Positions 14,778 to 29,904 are shown, counted from the stretch's first letter. The stretch is DNA of 64,000 nucleotides from Spizellomyces punctatus DAOM BR117 (GCA_000182565.2 KQ257463.1), one strand, 5' to 3'. Translations and numbers: made by a program. Notes: generated by a model not told the origin, from the sequence alone.

Positions 14778-16786
14778 ATGTCGAAACCATCGTCAACAAG
14801 CTTTGAGAAGGATTCTCCCGATATCAGTAATCATGAAGACGAGGACCCCGTTGTTCGCATTCCAGTTTGGACCGGGATCGCACTCCGGTTGGCGCTGTTT
14901 TTCTACACGGATGCATCCTCGTTCTTCAAACATCGAGTGGAAACAAGTACACCGGTGACGAGCTGGAAAAGATGTATATACACTACCAAGATATGTTATG
15001 CTTGAACCTTTTGGACTCAATGCTGTACTGTAGTTCAGGAAGGCCTGCACTTGTTCCAGCACGGACTGCCACCTTATGATGGCGGCGTTTACCACCAAGT
15101 GCGCGACATGCTATTGCTTCCCAAGACACGCCTCGGTTTTGATTATATCTTGTTTACATAGGCACCTTTGCTCCTAGCCGTTTTCAACTTCCTTCCTCCA
15201 ATTTTGATTCCATTCCTTTTCGTGGCACTAGACTATTGGATAGCGCGCGGCTTGGTGGAAATTGCAAGCTACAAGCGGAAGACTCTACAGGAAGAAGTGT
15301 GGCCCGAGCCTACATTGAAGCCTACATTACTAGCGCCACCGCCTTTGGAGGAAGAGAGCGATGAAGAAGAAACGGAAACCCCCAATCAGGAAACGGCCGG
15401 GTTGAACAGGGATGCTCACACAGAGCAGATAAAAGAAGCACCTAAAGGAGATACGTTGATACCACCTTGGCTGGTTGATGATCCTGCTACTCTCCTGCCG
15501 AAGAAGAGGCCAAAAGCAACCAAGAAGACTCCATCCCAACCGCAAGATGTTACTCGACCAGTGGATGCGTTACTCCAAGCAGAAGACATTGGATCGATCT
15601 ACCTTCTAAATCCATTCAGCGTAATGACGTGCCTTGCTCAAAGCACCTTATTGTTTACAATTTTAGCAGTCATCCATGGGCTCCGCTTTGCAATTAGAGG
15701 TAACGCTGCACCACCGAACCTTTTATTCTTGCTAGTCGCCGCAAGATTTCATCTAATGTACTTTATCCACTGGCAACCCAGGGAACAGGAGTCTTTCCAT
15801 GCTGTGCATAGCAATAGCAGCGTACCTTAGTCTTTATCCGGCAATGATGATCGCACCTGCGGTCCTCATCTTAGCTCGCAATAGCCATGTCGGGGTAAGA
15901 AACGCGATCTGATTCGAAAGCACCTCGGAGTTGCTCAAACTGCCGGTCTAGATTTCCAAGGAAATGCGGACAAGCTTGCCTCTCTTTATCGGTTACGCTG
16001 TTGCACTCCTCGGATTGTCGTACCTACTCATAGGATCATGGCAGTTTTTGGAATCCACCTACGGAGTCATGTAAGTTGCTTGGCAAATATCGTTCTTCAA
16101 TCTAGATTCTTAATCGTATGGTATTCATCAAGCTTGTTCGTTCCTGACTTGACGCCAAATATTGGATTGTTCTGGTACTTCTTCATTGAGATGTTTGATC
16201 AGTTCCGAACATTCTTCCTTTGCGTATTCCAAATATTGGTCTTTATCTTCGTCGTTCCAGTTTCGATGGTGTTCAAGTATGTGCGCTGCGACTATTTTTG
16301 CGAAAGAAAATCGCGATCTAATCGTGCGTGATACTTCATCCCTGCTCCCTGCTGCATTTAGAAACCATCCGCTTTTCGTAGCCTTCCTGCTTACAGCCAT
16401 CATGGCTATTTTTAAGTCGTACCCTTCACTAGGTGATACCGCTTTATATCTCACCTTCTTATCGATGAACCGGGAGTTGTTTAAATGTAAGCATCCGACG
16501 TCAATCGTTCGCATGGTCCATATTTTGACGATTCTCTTTAGACATGCGCCACTCCTTCCTTGTCTTTAGCGCACTGTTCTTCGCCTCCGTTTTGGGCCCG
16601 CTATTCTATTATCTGTGGCTTTATGCTGGAAGTGGCAACGCAAACTTCTTTTACGCCATTACGCTGGTGTTTGCTTTGGCACAAGTGATATTGATAACAG
16701 ACACTGGATTCGCTATGGCAAGAAGGGAATGGGACAGACTAAATCCGGATCTTAGAACGAAGAGAGTAGAACTGATACATCGATAA
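14778..16786 (+). CDS. GAB1: GPI transamidase subunit PIG-U/Gab1
   Basis: RVETSTPVTSWKR, PYDGGVYHQ, YLLNPFSVMTC, DLTPNIGLFWYFFIEMFDQFR.FF, FKSYPSLGD, LWLYAGSGNANFFYAITL. Confidence 0.93.
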
Positions 16787-16990
16787 TGAGGAGCATCTAA
16801 GTTAGACTATCAGTCGCGAGCAATGCCTTGGCAAGACGCTCTTCAATGGAAATTTTAAGCATACGCCGAATCGTGCCAGGCCACCCTCATAGATGCCTAA
16901 ATATTGATCCACACAGCAGCAAGTAAAGCATATTTGTTTATTAGACACCATCGCATCCGTCTCTATATTACAGCCCTCGCCTCCGTCGAT

Positions 16991-17409
16991 TTAGTGGTGG
17001 TGCATATTTGCGGTCGCATAGTTTGTGCCGTACTTCTTATCGAGCTCTTCGAGATATGCAATGTTCTTTGGCTCCTCCCAAGAGTGTTTGTGAAGCTGAA
17101 ATGCAATGCAACGGTTAGAGAAGTGCCAACAGGGATCCAAACACGGGTGCTCGTATTCCTGCAGCTGATAACGCCACGCTTGCTATAGCTTTCGTGTTAT
17201 ACAGCGGGCATGTTCGTTGTCGCTCCAGCAACCCATGACCTCGCGCAAACTCAACTTTTACTTACAAAGTGGTGAGGTCCATCGTGGTACATTCGGTAGT
17301 AAACAAAGAACCATACGGGAGCCATCATGAGCTTCGTAGCCCATACTCCGCGTACACGAGGGGCCGTAAACCCGAGACCGGGTGGTTTTGGGTGATGGTG
17401 TCCTGCCAT
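16991..17409 (-). CDS. NDUFB2: Complex I accessory subunit NDUFB2 (AGGG)-like, two exons
   Basis: Not in the ORF track. Exon 1 MAGHHHPKPPGLGFTAPRVRGVWATKLMMAPVWFFVYYRMYHDGPHHF|gtaagt; exon 2 LHKHSWEEPKNIAYLEELDKKYGTNYATANMHHH*. The WFF..YR..HDG...H.W pattern is typical of this subunit. Confidence 0.75.
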
Positions 17410-17755
17410 TTTCTAATGTCGTTGATGAGGAATGAGGACGATTGCAAGCAAAAATCCCCAAACTCGACTTTCCGTTCTCCGCGTATCTGGGCCACACGTG
17501 ACAGTGGCACAGTCGTTCCAGGGCATCGGTAAGCGTCAAGTCGGCGAACGCAAACACGCCCCAATCCTGTCTCGCCTGTAGCCCAAACGCCCATCGGAGC
17601 CTTTCATCTTCACGCTTTCACTGCCATTTCGCATATTTCATCCGTCGACAGTCTTCGCTACGTGTAGCGTTGCGGGAGTCGTGTTTGAACTCTTGGAATC
17701 CTAGCGTAGCACACCTCCGTTTCCACGAACACCAAGGATTGGCAAGTTTCACAAA

Positions 17756-19670
<1,915 letters not shown>

Positions 19671-19856
19671 CGTGGATGACTCTTGTAGTTTTCCTTCAAC
19701 TGAATCGCCTTGTGCCTATGAGCCGATATGCCGAAATGTTAGCCCGAGGCGAATAGAGGGGTGTCTGTTTTGCTGATATGTTGTCCACGTTTGTGGCGGA
19801 CAAAGATCACTAGTTGGGTCTAAATACACACAGTGCAGATGATGCTGTTTCTACAG

Positions 19857-20913
19857 TCATGCGCTGATCTTTGCCTTTACGACATGCAAAATGGTCCTAA
19901 AGTCTTCCCACGGAATATAATCCACTGACTCTCTGATGCACCACTTTTCCAAATCCTTCCCTTTCTTGGCAAAAACGATGTCCGCTTCTCTTGCTGCAGA
20001 TATATCCGATACTCCGTCACCCGCGAATACAATCAAGGGCGGGTTTGACGTGTATTGCTCTTTGGCGGCTTTAATGGCCAAGCTCTTGTCGTGTCCGTGA
20101 GAGCTATGGGCAGCGACACGGACAGTAAATAGGAGTTGATGTCAGCTATGGTTCATATAACCGAATTACCTCTCATCACGATACACGATTTCCCACTTGG
20201 AGGTGTCTCCTGTCCGACTAATAATAACATCGTTCGCCAGGATTTCCATAAGATCGTTGTTTTCCGCATATCCTTGAAGGAACATCTTTACTAATGGGCT
20301 CAGACCGCTGGATTTGTTATCGACCAGACGGGGTGAGATTAAATGTATGATGGCGGTTTAGTTTGACTCTACATGGTGCTTGCCTGCTGAGAACCACCAA
20401 TGGAATCCTTTGTATATTACAAAAGTGGTGAAACTCTTCAAATCCTAAATCAATCTTGACATCTGTTTGTTTGATTTCGATAAGCCATGTGGATACACAC
20501 TGGATTTTCTGTGCCCACCTTTCAAGAGTCTAAGGGCCTCCTCCCAGTTCAGGTCGACACTGTTTGTTGGTGTTATTCAAGTGACCTTGTCATGCTCAGA
20601 GGACTATAGCACACCTATTCCACATTTCAGCTACGGCACTTCGGAATGAAAGTGTTCCGTCTAGGATCTGGACATCTGCACATGGACGTTAAATGTTATA
20701 GCTGGGAATAACAAGATAAGGAGGCCAACCTAATGCTCTTCGATTCTCATAGCCCATACAATGGTCAATCAACAGCGTTCCCGTGTCTTGTGTGGTGATG
20801 GTGCTATTGCGAGTCAGGCCTTGTGTGAACCAGTAAGGTACTTTGACTTACCCATCAAAGTCTGAGAAAACCAAAACCTTGGGAGGATGCTGCGGTAGCT
20901 TAAGTTGCACCAT
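19857..20913 (-). CDS. HAD-superfamily IB phosphatase (MtnX-like / yeast YNL010W-like)
   Basis: MVQLKLPQHPPKVLVFSDFDG|TITTQDTG (motif I), VVLSSGL (motif II), HGHDKS (motif III), FAGDGVSDISAAREADIVFAK (motif IV). Confidence 0.88.
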
Positions 20914-21288
20914 CTTGTGAGATTGCTGACCAGGTTAGATAAAAGATTCCGTCTATAAAAGTGTGGATTGAGAAGGTTGGGGCAATGCGCTTGGCAAAAG
21001 AGCTTTTCAACGCGCTGCTCTCGTCTCAAGAACGCAAATGGCTGCCCAGGTCAAAATTGGGGCTCTACAGAAATGTCCTTTCTCGCAACCTACTAGACGT
21101 TTATCAGACCAAGAAGAGTGTCATGTTGCTTCGTTGGCTCAAAACGTCTTTCAAACATTTTGCCAGCGAGCGATCTCTTCACTTGGCCGTGTCCCAGAAA
21201 GGCTAAATAGCGTAAAGTGCAAAGTCGTGGCCCTTCAACTCGGCGTCGTTTCTTCCTCATTCCCAGCATCTCCATTCGCTGTTACAAA

Positions 21289-22360
21289 ATGTCACAAGAC
21301 AGCGTTATTGCTGCTCTTTCCAAAAGCTTGCCACCATGGCTTTTACTCAAGGCAACCGACCCTCTGTCCGTGGTTTATTTGGCAGCCTTGGTGATCGTCT
21401 TGTTGTTGAGTATGTACCCGGCGCATGGAATACCTTTGAGTTGCTTCACTTAACACGCACCTTCAAACGTAAAAAGGTACATTTATCGTCTTTTCAAAGA
21501 CGAGAGGACATAAACGGGACACATTCCTGCTGGCAGGTCTGTCGGATGCTGGAAAGACAGTCCTCTACGTGAAGGTTGGTGCGTCTGCGATAGCTGCCTT
21601 CGTGATATATAGCTTGCACCGCCGTAACAGATGCCTCTTTCGTTTACAGCTTCGAAATGGGCAGATGGTTGATACGCATACCTCTATGACGGAAAATGAG
21701 GGACGATTTGTACCAATATCTCAAAAGGTGAGCACTAGATTTGTGGCGAACGATGAAGCATTACTCATCATATTCTGTGTATCTATATAATAGCACGGCA
21801 AAAGCCAACAGCGTCCCGTCCATGTCGTCGATCTACCGGGCCATGAGAAGTTGCGATTTAAATACACTGAATACCTCCCTGTCACGGCGGGCATCGTTTT
21901 CGTCGTTGACAGCACCACAATACCGCGACAGCTTCGCTCCGCAGCGGAATACTTGTACGATATTTTAGCAAATCGCTACACTCAGAGGAATGAAATTCCG
22001 ATTCTCGTACTGTGCAATAAGAACGATATGCTGCTAGCGTTGAAGGAAGATAAGATTCAAACAATGCTGGAAGGAGAAATGTAAGTAAACACCCAAGCAT
22101 TCTCTGCAAGCTGGAGGCTTGTCTCTGATGACCCTTGTATATTTTCAAGTGACAACCTCCGCAAGACGAGGTCTGCCGAGGTGCAAAGTCAGGATGAAGA
22201 AAAGGATGACGAATTTATAGGGAACGAGGGTGAACCTTTCAAGTTTGAGCATCTACCAAATGCTATATCCTTTATTTCATGTAGCTTGATTCGTGATGAT
22301 AAGATTGGAGAGAATGGGCTTGATGCTGTAAATGCATTCATAACAGAGCTGACCCGATGA
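21289..22360 (+). CDS. SRP102: Signal recognition particle receptor beta subunit
   Basis: N-terminal TM segment, LAGLSDAGKT P-loop, THTSMTENE, VDLPGHEKLR, GIVFVVDS, AEYLYDIL, LVLCNKND, LEGEI|DNLRKTR, IGNEGEPFKFEHL. Confidence 0.92.
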
Positions 22361-22625
22361 AGAAACAAGTGCATTGGAGAAGGTAGCCCCATTCGATTGA
22401 CGCTTTGTGAATTCTGTTGTCCTCACATTGATATCAATGCTACTGGGAGTGCCACGCACCGATGCAGAATGTGGGCAGGAGAGTTGCTGTTCCAGAGTGG
22501 GTGGGCCCGCACGCAGCCGTCAACAATTATAATACGTGCCAATAAAACTTGTCTATATTTTTCTCTCCCCGCAAGACATACGCTTTTTCTAAATTATACG
22601 GTTTCGACTCGGACGCCTGCTTCAT

Positions 22626-23026
22626 TTACAAGATTGTACAACCACCGCCCTTTGGCTTCCTCGTGAAGGGGTTCTCTTCGGGCTTCAGATTTGATGTAAG
22701 CGGTTCGGAGGTTGATGTTACAAACGTCACCAGTCTATGAAGATGAAGCGGTCGAACAATTCAGTCAACCGTTCATCTAAATCGCCGAGAGGAAACATTC
22801 TCGAGGAGATACTCACGCTTTGCTTGCTTCCGAAACTTTCACTCGCGGCAATTCCTCATCTTGCCTGAGACGTTCATTCAATGCTGTGGTTACATTGTGA
22901 CAGTTTTAGCCATACTGTCAAGGGCAAGCACAAAACGGTTGTGGCTTGCAGCAGGTTTATCTGCGCTTGCCCTATAACACGCTCTACACACTCACCAATC
23001 AGTTTCTGTAATTTGAGCTCCGACAT
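22626..23026 (-). CDS. Heterotrimeric G-protein gamma subunit, three exons
   Basis: Not in the ORF track. Spliced MSELKLQKLI|ALNERLRQDEELPRVKVSEASKA|LVTFVTSTSEPLTSNLKPEENPFTRKPKGGGCTIL*: GGL-domain pattern (R.KVSEA, NPF) plus a CaaX box. Confidence 0.9.
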
Positions 23027-23392
23027 TTCGTTTCCGGCTCCCACAGATTAGTCGGCGTGGTATTGTGCAAATGTTGGTATGTGATTCGCAAATCTATTGC
23101 AATATGGGGGGTATCGAAAGCGTGCTTATAGCTATCGTAGGTCTGATGGATACGATCACAAGAAAGCGATGCAAAACACTAAAGCAAAAGGGCAAGGAGC
23201 GGAGTTGGGGTAAAGAAGCGCCTCTCTGGACCACACAATACGTGGACGAGCTTTCCAGCAACACGCGCATTAGGTCAGCTGCTTGGCGCAAATAATTTTA
23301 GTGACTTTTATTATTTGAGACTAGAGACTTGCAAGATCATTAGTTTTGACGAGGATTTTATTTGCTTTCTGGAAGCAGAAACATTGAGCAAG

Positions 23393-24611
23393 ATGTAAGG
23401 AATCATCGGTTGGTTGGGGCATTATTTTTGTACGAGTGAGATTCAGTATTGGATCTAATGGTCAACTTTAGGGGGAAAATGTGTCAAATCGTCATGGGGC
23501 CAGCTGGAAGCGGAAAGGTATAATCTTGCATCTCATACCATTCAATTACTCCAAAAGTGATTGACAATGTCTGGGTGTGGCAGTCGACATATTGCTCAAC
23601 AATAATGACTCATTGTGAGACGATAAAACGGACGGTACACCTTGTTAATCTCGATCCCGCCGCAGAGAGATTTACGTATCAACCAACAATAGGTAACAGC
23701 TTTGGGCTAGACAGAATTCACATGTGGGACGCCAACAACTTGGATCTACACTGTGAATGAGACTAGCGACAAGACAGACTCACTCGCAACTCCCTGCAGA
23801 TATCCGAGATCTCATCACACTCGAAGACGTTCAGGAAGAACTTGGATACGGCCCGAATGGTGGACTCATATACTGCCTCGAATTCCTCACAAACAACCTG
23901 GACTTTTTAGAGGAAGAGCTTGGCGACCATGACGATGACTACCTCATTGTTGACTGTCCCGGTCAAATTGAGCTGTACACACATTTTCCAATCATGAAGA
24001 CAATAGTGCAGGCCCTTCAACGACTGGATTATAGGGTCTGTGGAGTATATCTATTGGACTCGCAATTTGTGGAAGATCCTAGCAAATTTTTTGCTGGGGT
24101 CATGAGCGCCATGAGTGCCATGGTTCAATTGGAGATACCACATATCAATGTGATGACTAAAATGGACTTGATCGACAAGCGGCATAAAACCCAGGATATT
24201 GAACGGTCTGTTGCATAGATCTGTAGCATGAAGGAACTTGCCGTATGCACACTCAACCTGGCTGTTGCTTGTTCGCAGATACCTCTACCCAGATCCAACC
24301 CTCCTCCTGGAAGACGTGAATCAAAACACCCGACCAAAGTTCCGTGATCTCAATGAAGCTCTCGTACGACTGGCAAGTGTCTCCACTCTTACCTTACTGT
24401 ATGCACACAAATCACATCTGATTCTTTCCACACCTGACAGATTGACGAGTACAACATGGTAACATTCGTCCCACTCAATATCAAGGACGAAGAGTCTGTT
24501 GAATTGGTTCTATCACATGTGGATAACGCCATACAGTACGGGGAGGACGCAGAACCAAAAGAGCCAAAGGATATGGATTTTGAAGACTGGGAAGGACAGA
24601 GCGAAGACTAG
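23393..24611 (+). CDS. GPN3: GPN-loop GTPase 3
   Basis: [90 protein letters not shown]. Confidence 0.96.
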
Positions 24612-24912
24612 GAAACAACCGCACATCCATTTCATGTTGCCCAGCTCGTAGAGTTGTATATAGCATTCTTGTAGATAGGTTAATGATGATCATTAAGCAT
24701 TACATAGTTGAACGGATATTCGCTGCCTGACATGTACTTGAAACAAAAAAATCACAACTTGGGAGTTTGGGACACGACCGGAACCCGACTGGCACTTAAC
24801 ACACACAGTTTTAAAAAAATTAGCAAATGGCCAATTCTTTTTTTTGTCCCCTTCTATCTTTTCGACTGACAGCATCTATCTCTCAAATGCTCCCAACATC
24901 CCTACTCACTAC

Positions 24913-27900
24913 TCACCCCTTCTTGGACATGTATTCTTCAATCTTTTGAACAGGCACTGCTCCCTTGCTCAATTCCCATCCAGCTTTGATTTCTGCTACT
25001 TCCTCGTCTGTTATGATGAGGATATTCCTGGGGTCGTCGAGAATGGCCTGGGCGTCTTCGTCCGCTGGGGAGCCGCTTTTTTGGCTGCGTACATGGACAC
25101 TGAGTTTCCGTCGTTCAGGAGCAGAGAGAGCAATATATGTATCATAAAACTCTAGCAGGCTGTCTTGGGTGACACATTTGACCTAAATACAAGAAGAGCG
25201 TTCAATTCTGATTCACATCAGTCAGTCTTCCATCAGCGACATACCAAATCAGCATCTTCAATGTGCTGCTCAAAATTGTAGTACCGCGAAGAAACATGAG
25301 TCCACAAACGGTGTGACTCTTGTCCCAAGTTCTTATCTTTCTCCAACATTCGCGCGGCTAGGGCTGCTTGATGCTTTGCATATTCATCTGCTGTCAGTTT
25401 GCTAATGACAGACTGTAACGATACGCAGTAGATGAGTAACGGTATGTTATCGAATACGCAGCAAATGTACCAACCCGCATAGATGCCAAAAACGAGTTTA
25501 TCCTGCTCTCGAGGTACGCTGGGTCTTTTTCGCTTTGAATGATCACCCTGAATCCCATTATTCCCGTCGACTTGCGTAGACCGCTAAACACCATGTAACC
25601 TACACGAATTTAGGATTCTCGTTGGTATCCGCACCAGCCCTTGATCGCCGACAGACACTTACCAAGCTGCTCTTTTGTTCTGAGCTGGTCAAACGCGGGC
25701 TCATGCGCAATTTGACTGAACAAGTTCAGCTTTGCTCGTAGTTCTGCATCGGTGAAATCGCCCACCTGAATGTAATACTCGATGGCGGAATTGACATTGT
25801 CGGCGTTTGGAACATCACGCACATGTATATATGATATGCCTGTAAAAAATAATGCGGTTAACATATGCTTTGAGCTTTTAACGGATACACATGCGTACCA
25901 GGAACTAGAAGCTGCGTGCGCATGGTCTGTGCGCGCTGGAATAGTGGAAGGGCCTTTGGATGGAATGCGTCTTCGACAATGGACACCAACTTTAGTGCTT
26001 CCTAATTACCCGCAACCAACGACAAATTGTGAATGTTGTTCATGGTTAACGTATCTGACTCTCACAACCTACCTCTTCTTCAACATTTCCATGCACCAAC
26101 CCTTCAATGTGCATTTGTTCAAGCAGATGCGGGTAGAATTCTTCCACTTGCTGAGGCGTGATGCCTAGATATCAATGATAAGACAAATCGCCCCATTTGC
26201 AAACATGAAATCTAGGTATGCCAACCATAAAGTTCAACAAGCTTTTCCTCATGTGTCCACAATTTCTCTTGCGTCAAGTAGCTGACATAGTAGATTGCAT
26301 GCTGATGTGGTGATTCCATTGCCCAGTTTTTGTACGATCTGCACACCTATAAAGTCCAGATCTGGGTAAGCGTCATCGTGCATGCAAGTCAAGCGTATAA
26401 ACATTACTTGTTCACTAATGAATTTGAATCGTTCAGGATCAGCCTTGAGATTCTTCATTTTTTCCACAATCTTCGTTAATAGCGTCGGGAGCTTATCATT
26501 GTAACCCGCCAAAACGAGCTAACAAGTATAAAAAACTGAGTATGATGGGTCTAGCAAATGTACTGGCTTCTCGGCTTACTTACCACCATGCCGTCCGTGT
26601 TGTTGTCCAAACTATATGATAGTCCCGCAACTTCCGCGTAGTAAGAAAATTCATTAAGTGCGTCCTTGAGAAGGTCAGTATAGAGTCTCGACAGCGTGCA
26701 GCTTAGCGGTGAGACATAGGACAACGGGCTTGAAGACAGTGCACGTTTAAATATAAATCATCAGCATTGAGGGCGTCCAGTATATTCGCACCTCTTCAAT
26801 TGGAACCAGAGATTTGCCTTGGGAACCCAAAACGTGTCGTCTTTCTTATGCCACATTCGGGTAAGAGGCGTCTCCTTGATGATGTGCGCAGATCGCATTT
26901 TCTGTTGATCACCAGAAACAAACATCAGAATCTGAAGAGATGACCCATACGAACAGCAAGATCCCAACCTCTTCAACATCAAAGCGTCGCACATCAAACT
27001 TCTCAGGAATGAACTCGTTTCGGCTTGGTAAATGCAGTTCAGCATTGTGACCGATATTGGCCAGTGCCTTTGCAAATGTGGGTTAGTCTCGGCTGTAATC
27101 ACAATTTGCAACAGGCTAATCGTACCTGCTTCAAGCTTTCACTGAAGTCTTCGACTGTATACTCAGTCCCGTACCACTGCGCTTTTGAGAAATTAGTAGT
27201 GTCATGATGCGGAGATACCACAGTCAAACTACAAGGAATCATTCCGCGTAAGTATCACTGCCGTAATATGGCTAACATGAGAAACAAGCTCTACCGGAAA
27301 TTGTCTGGTCGCAGGTAACTAAGACACATGCGAACTTTCTCTGCGTCGTACTGATGCATCAAATAGGGACCCGACAAAATGTCTGGAGCATCGTATCTGT
27401 GCATGTTTCCAGCAACACGAGACGCGTAGGATGCCGGAGGGGACTTTTCTTTAAAGCGAAATGTCATTTCCGCCAATTGCTTGCACTACAGTTTTGTGAG
27501 CAATGGTAGAGACGTAACAGTCAGCGTGACTGCAGACAGACCTCGTGGTAAATCCAAGGTTGGACCCCATCTTTCACCACCATGTTGATATACTGGAAGA
27601 CGATTGGGACAATTTCCTCGTAATGTTCTAAAGATATATGATTAAACAGCTTAGCGTGTAGTTGATTTGGCCCGTTACTCACCGACGCCAGACAAGGTAA
27701 GGTCTATCGAGACCTTGAAAAAGTCAAAATTGATGCCACCATGGGTGACTCCAGCGGACAGCGCCAAAGCCCAACCTATACACTCCAATGAGATACCTGG
27801 ATAATATGGCCCAACAGTAAATCTTACCTTTCTTCTTGAGCAGGGAGAGAAGTGACCCTTCACCCTCATGTCCGATCAGATGGGCTAGGTACTTACTTGG

Positions 27901-29904
27901 CTAGAGGCAGCCAGAAACTTCATAAGCAGCAAGCATGAGAGATGATCCCTTGCATTGACAAACGTACTTGGACTTTGTAGTACGGCTGGGTATCAGGAAA
28001 TGGGAATGTCAATTCAAGATGACGTAGTTCCTTTACTGGTTTGATCAGCACTTGTTTCTGGTAAAACGGATGATCTTTAGGTTCGAGCGATACACATGGG
28101 TGAGCAAGTACTTCCAATCTCCTACCCCTAGTTCCGCAGCAGTGAGTGGATGTCCTTCAAAGGACGGTACGTCAATGGCCTTGTTTTGCACCGCGGAAAA
28201 TTTCTCAACAGCCCATTCAGCTAGCTGATCCAGGGGCTCTGGTGGTAGAGGTACGCGTCAGGAAGAAATTCGAGGGATGGCAAAACGATAACGATGACTA
28301 ACCTTTTCCCAACAATACGAGCTTCATTATATTGGAGCTGTAATACTTGCTGTGGAAGTCTAGCAATATTTTGCGGATGTCGAGGCCTTTTGACGCGGGG
28401 ATGTCTCGTAGAGTCTCCAGATTGCCTACATTAAGTCATAAGTCGATCAATTCGCAACCTTGCGAGGTGTCATCCATTCACGAGCATTACCGGTTCCAAA
28501 CTTGCGGTAAGGATGTTTTTCGTTCGACAAGTCTTTCTCAAGTTGATAAACTCGCCAGTTATCGGAATGCAGATTCTTTTTGTGCTCTAGTAGGTCGGCA
28601 ACGTTAGCTTTGATCCTCAAATCAATATTCCCACCCACGGCACCGTTCCATACACACCCGAGTCGACCGCATTCATTTCACGCTCAGTGCAAGATTCGGA
28701 GAATAAGGGGCTGATGAAGAACTGAGCGAATCTATACAAAAAAGCGTCAGTAGCGTTCTCCGCGTGATTCTGTCCTTCTTGACATCAGGCATACCGATCC
28801 AGGGCGCCTTCAAAGTGATCGGATGTAACCTCGAAATAATAATCTGCACAGGTTCCACATGAACATCATGTAGCGGATACACCCTTTTATGCAAAAAAGC
28901 TCATACTTGTGTTCTCAACTAAAATGAATTGGCAATTAGGAATATGGGAGGAACGAGACGCCCGGGGATTACAGTATTATCTCACCAGATGTGAATGCGT
29001 TTGAATATCCACCATGTTCAGAAAGATACTATAAAATATGGCACGTCGGGTAAGCAGCAGATTCTACATATTATGAGCAGGCTTTGCAGCTAGGCTATCC
29101 AACCTACTTGATTGTAATCGTTTTCCACTGGATACTACAATTATAAACAAAGAGCATAGTTTATTGGGATGACCCACGGAAGTTGTGATCCCCGCAAATA
29201 GTTTACCTTCTCTGTACCCTATATTGTAGTGAACAGTACACGCAAACATGAGTTCAAATAACATGTGAAACATCAAGGTTTGTCGGAAGAACGTCACAAC
29301 TGCAAATCCAAGTTGCCAACGTGATTGCATAATATGCGATTATGTCCACCGGCAACCTTTGTAATATCTGTGACAAGTATCTCAGAAGACCCTTCTCTTA
29401 CCATGAAGACTGGATGTCAAGATTATCGGCCCGAGTTGAAAGACAGAATATGTTAGCGATCGGCTAGAACTGAATCATTGCGTGAAACTTGCTCGGCGGG
29501 CAGAATCTGGCCATGCTCTATACCAGTACGACCGTACCAATACATTGATTCCAGCATCACCACCAAGCTGCGCTCATTTACACCAGGATCTGCCGCGATC
29601 AGTACATACGCAAGTGTTCGCAAAAATGCGCCAACCCAGCCACATCGTCAGGATCACATAGATGGCCCACATGAACATCCAGCGCCGCAGAAGACTTGTC
29701 CGTATGTGGGTCAGATATCAATAAAGCTTGGAGGTTGTTTTCAAGTGTGAGCATGCGGTATCCTCTATCATCTTGGTCGGGTTTGAGAATGTTGTCGAAA
29801 ATGGAGTATTTTGCACCCTCGGCACTAGCATTTTGGCCAGAAACTGCTTGCGTCGCTTGTGCAATATTTGGGTCTGTTGGCAAAGAAGGTGTATTGGACA
29901 CCAT
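24913..29904 (-). CDS. IDE: Insulysin / insulin-degrading enzyme (M16A metallopeptidase, Ste23-like); a possible extra terminal exon reaches 24752
   Basis: [38 protein letters not shown]....GLAHFCEH (HxxEH), [54 protein letters not shown]. Confidence 0.96.

Noticed and set aside
17096-17265. Longer-than-usual introns in NDUFB2 (also MAPK intron 1 and NUXM intron 1) as snoRNA hosts
   Set aside because: No convincing box C (RTGATGA) plus D pair with a terminal stem or rRNA-complementary guide was visible; a covariance-model search would be needed.
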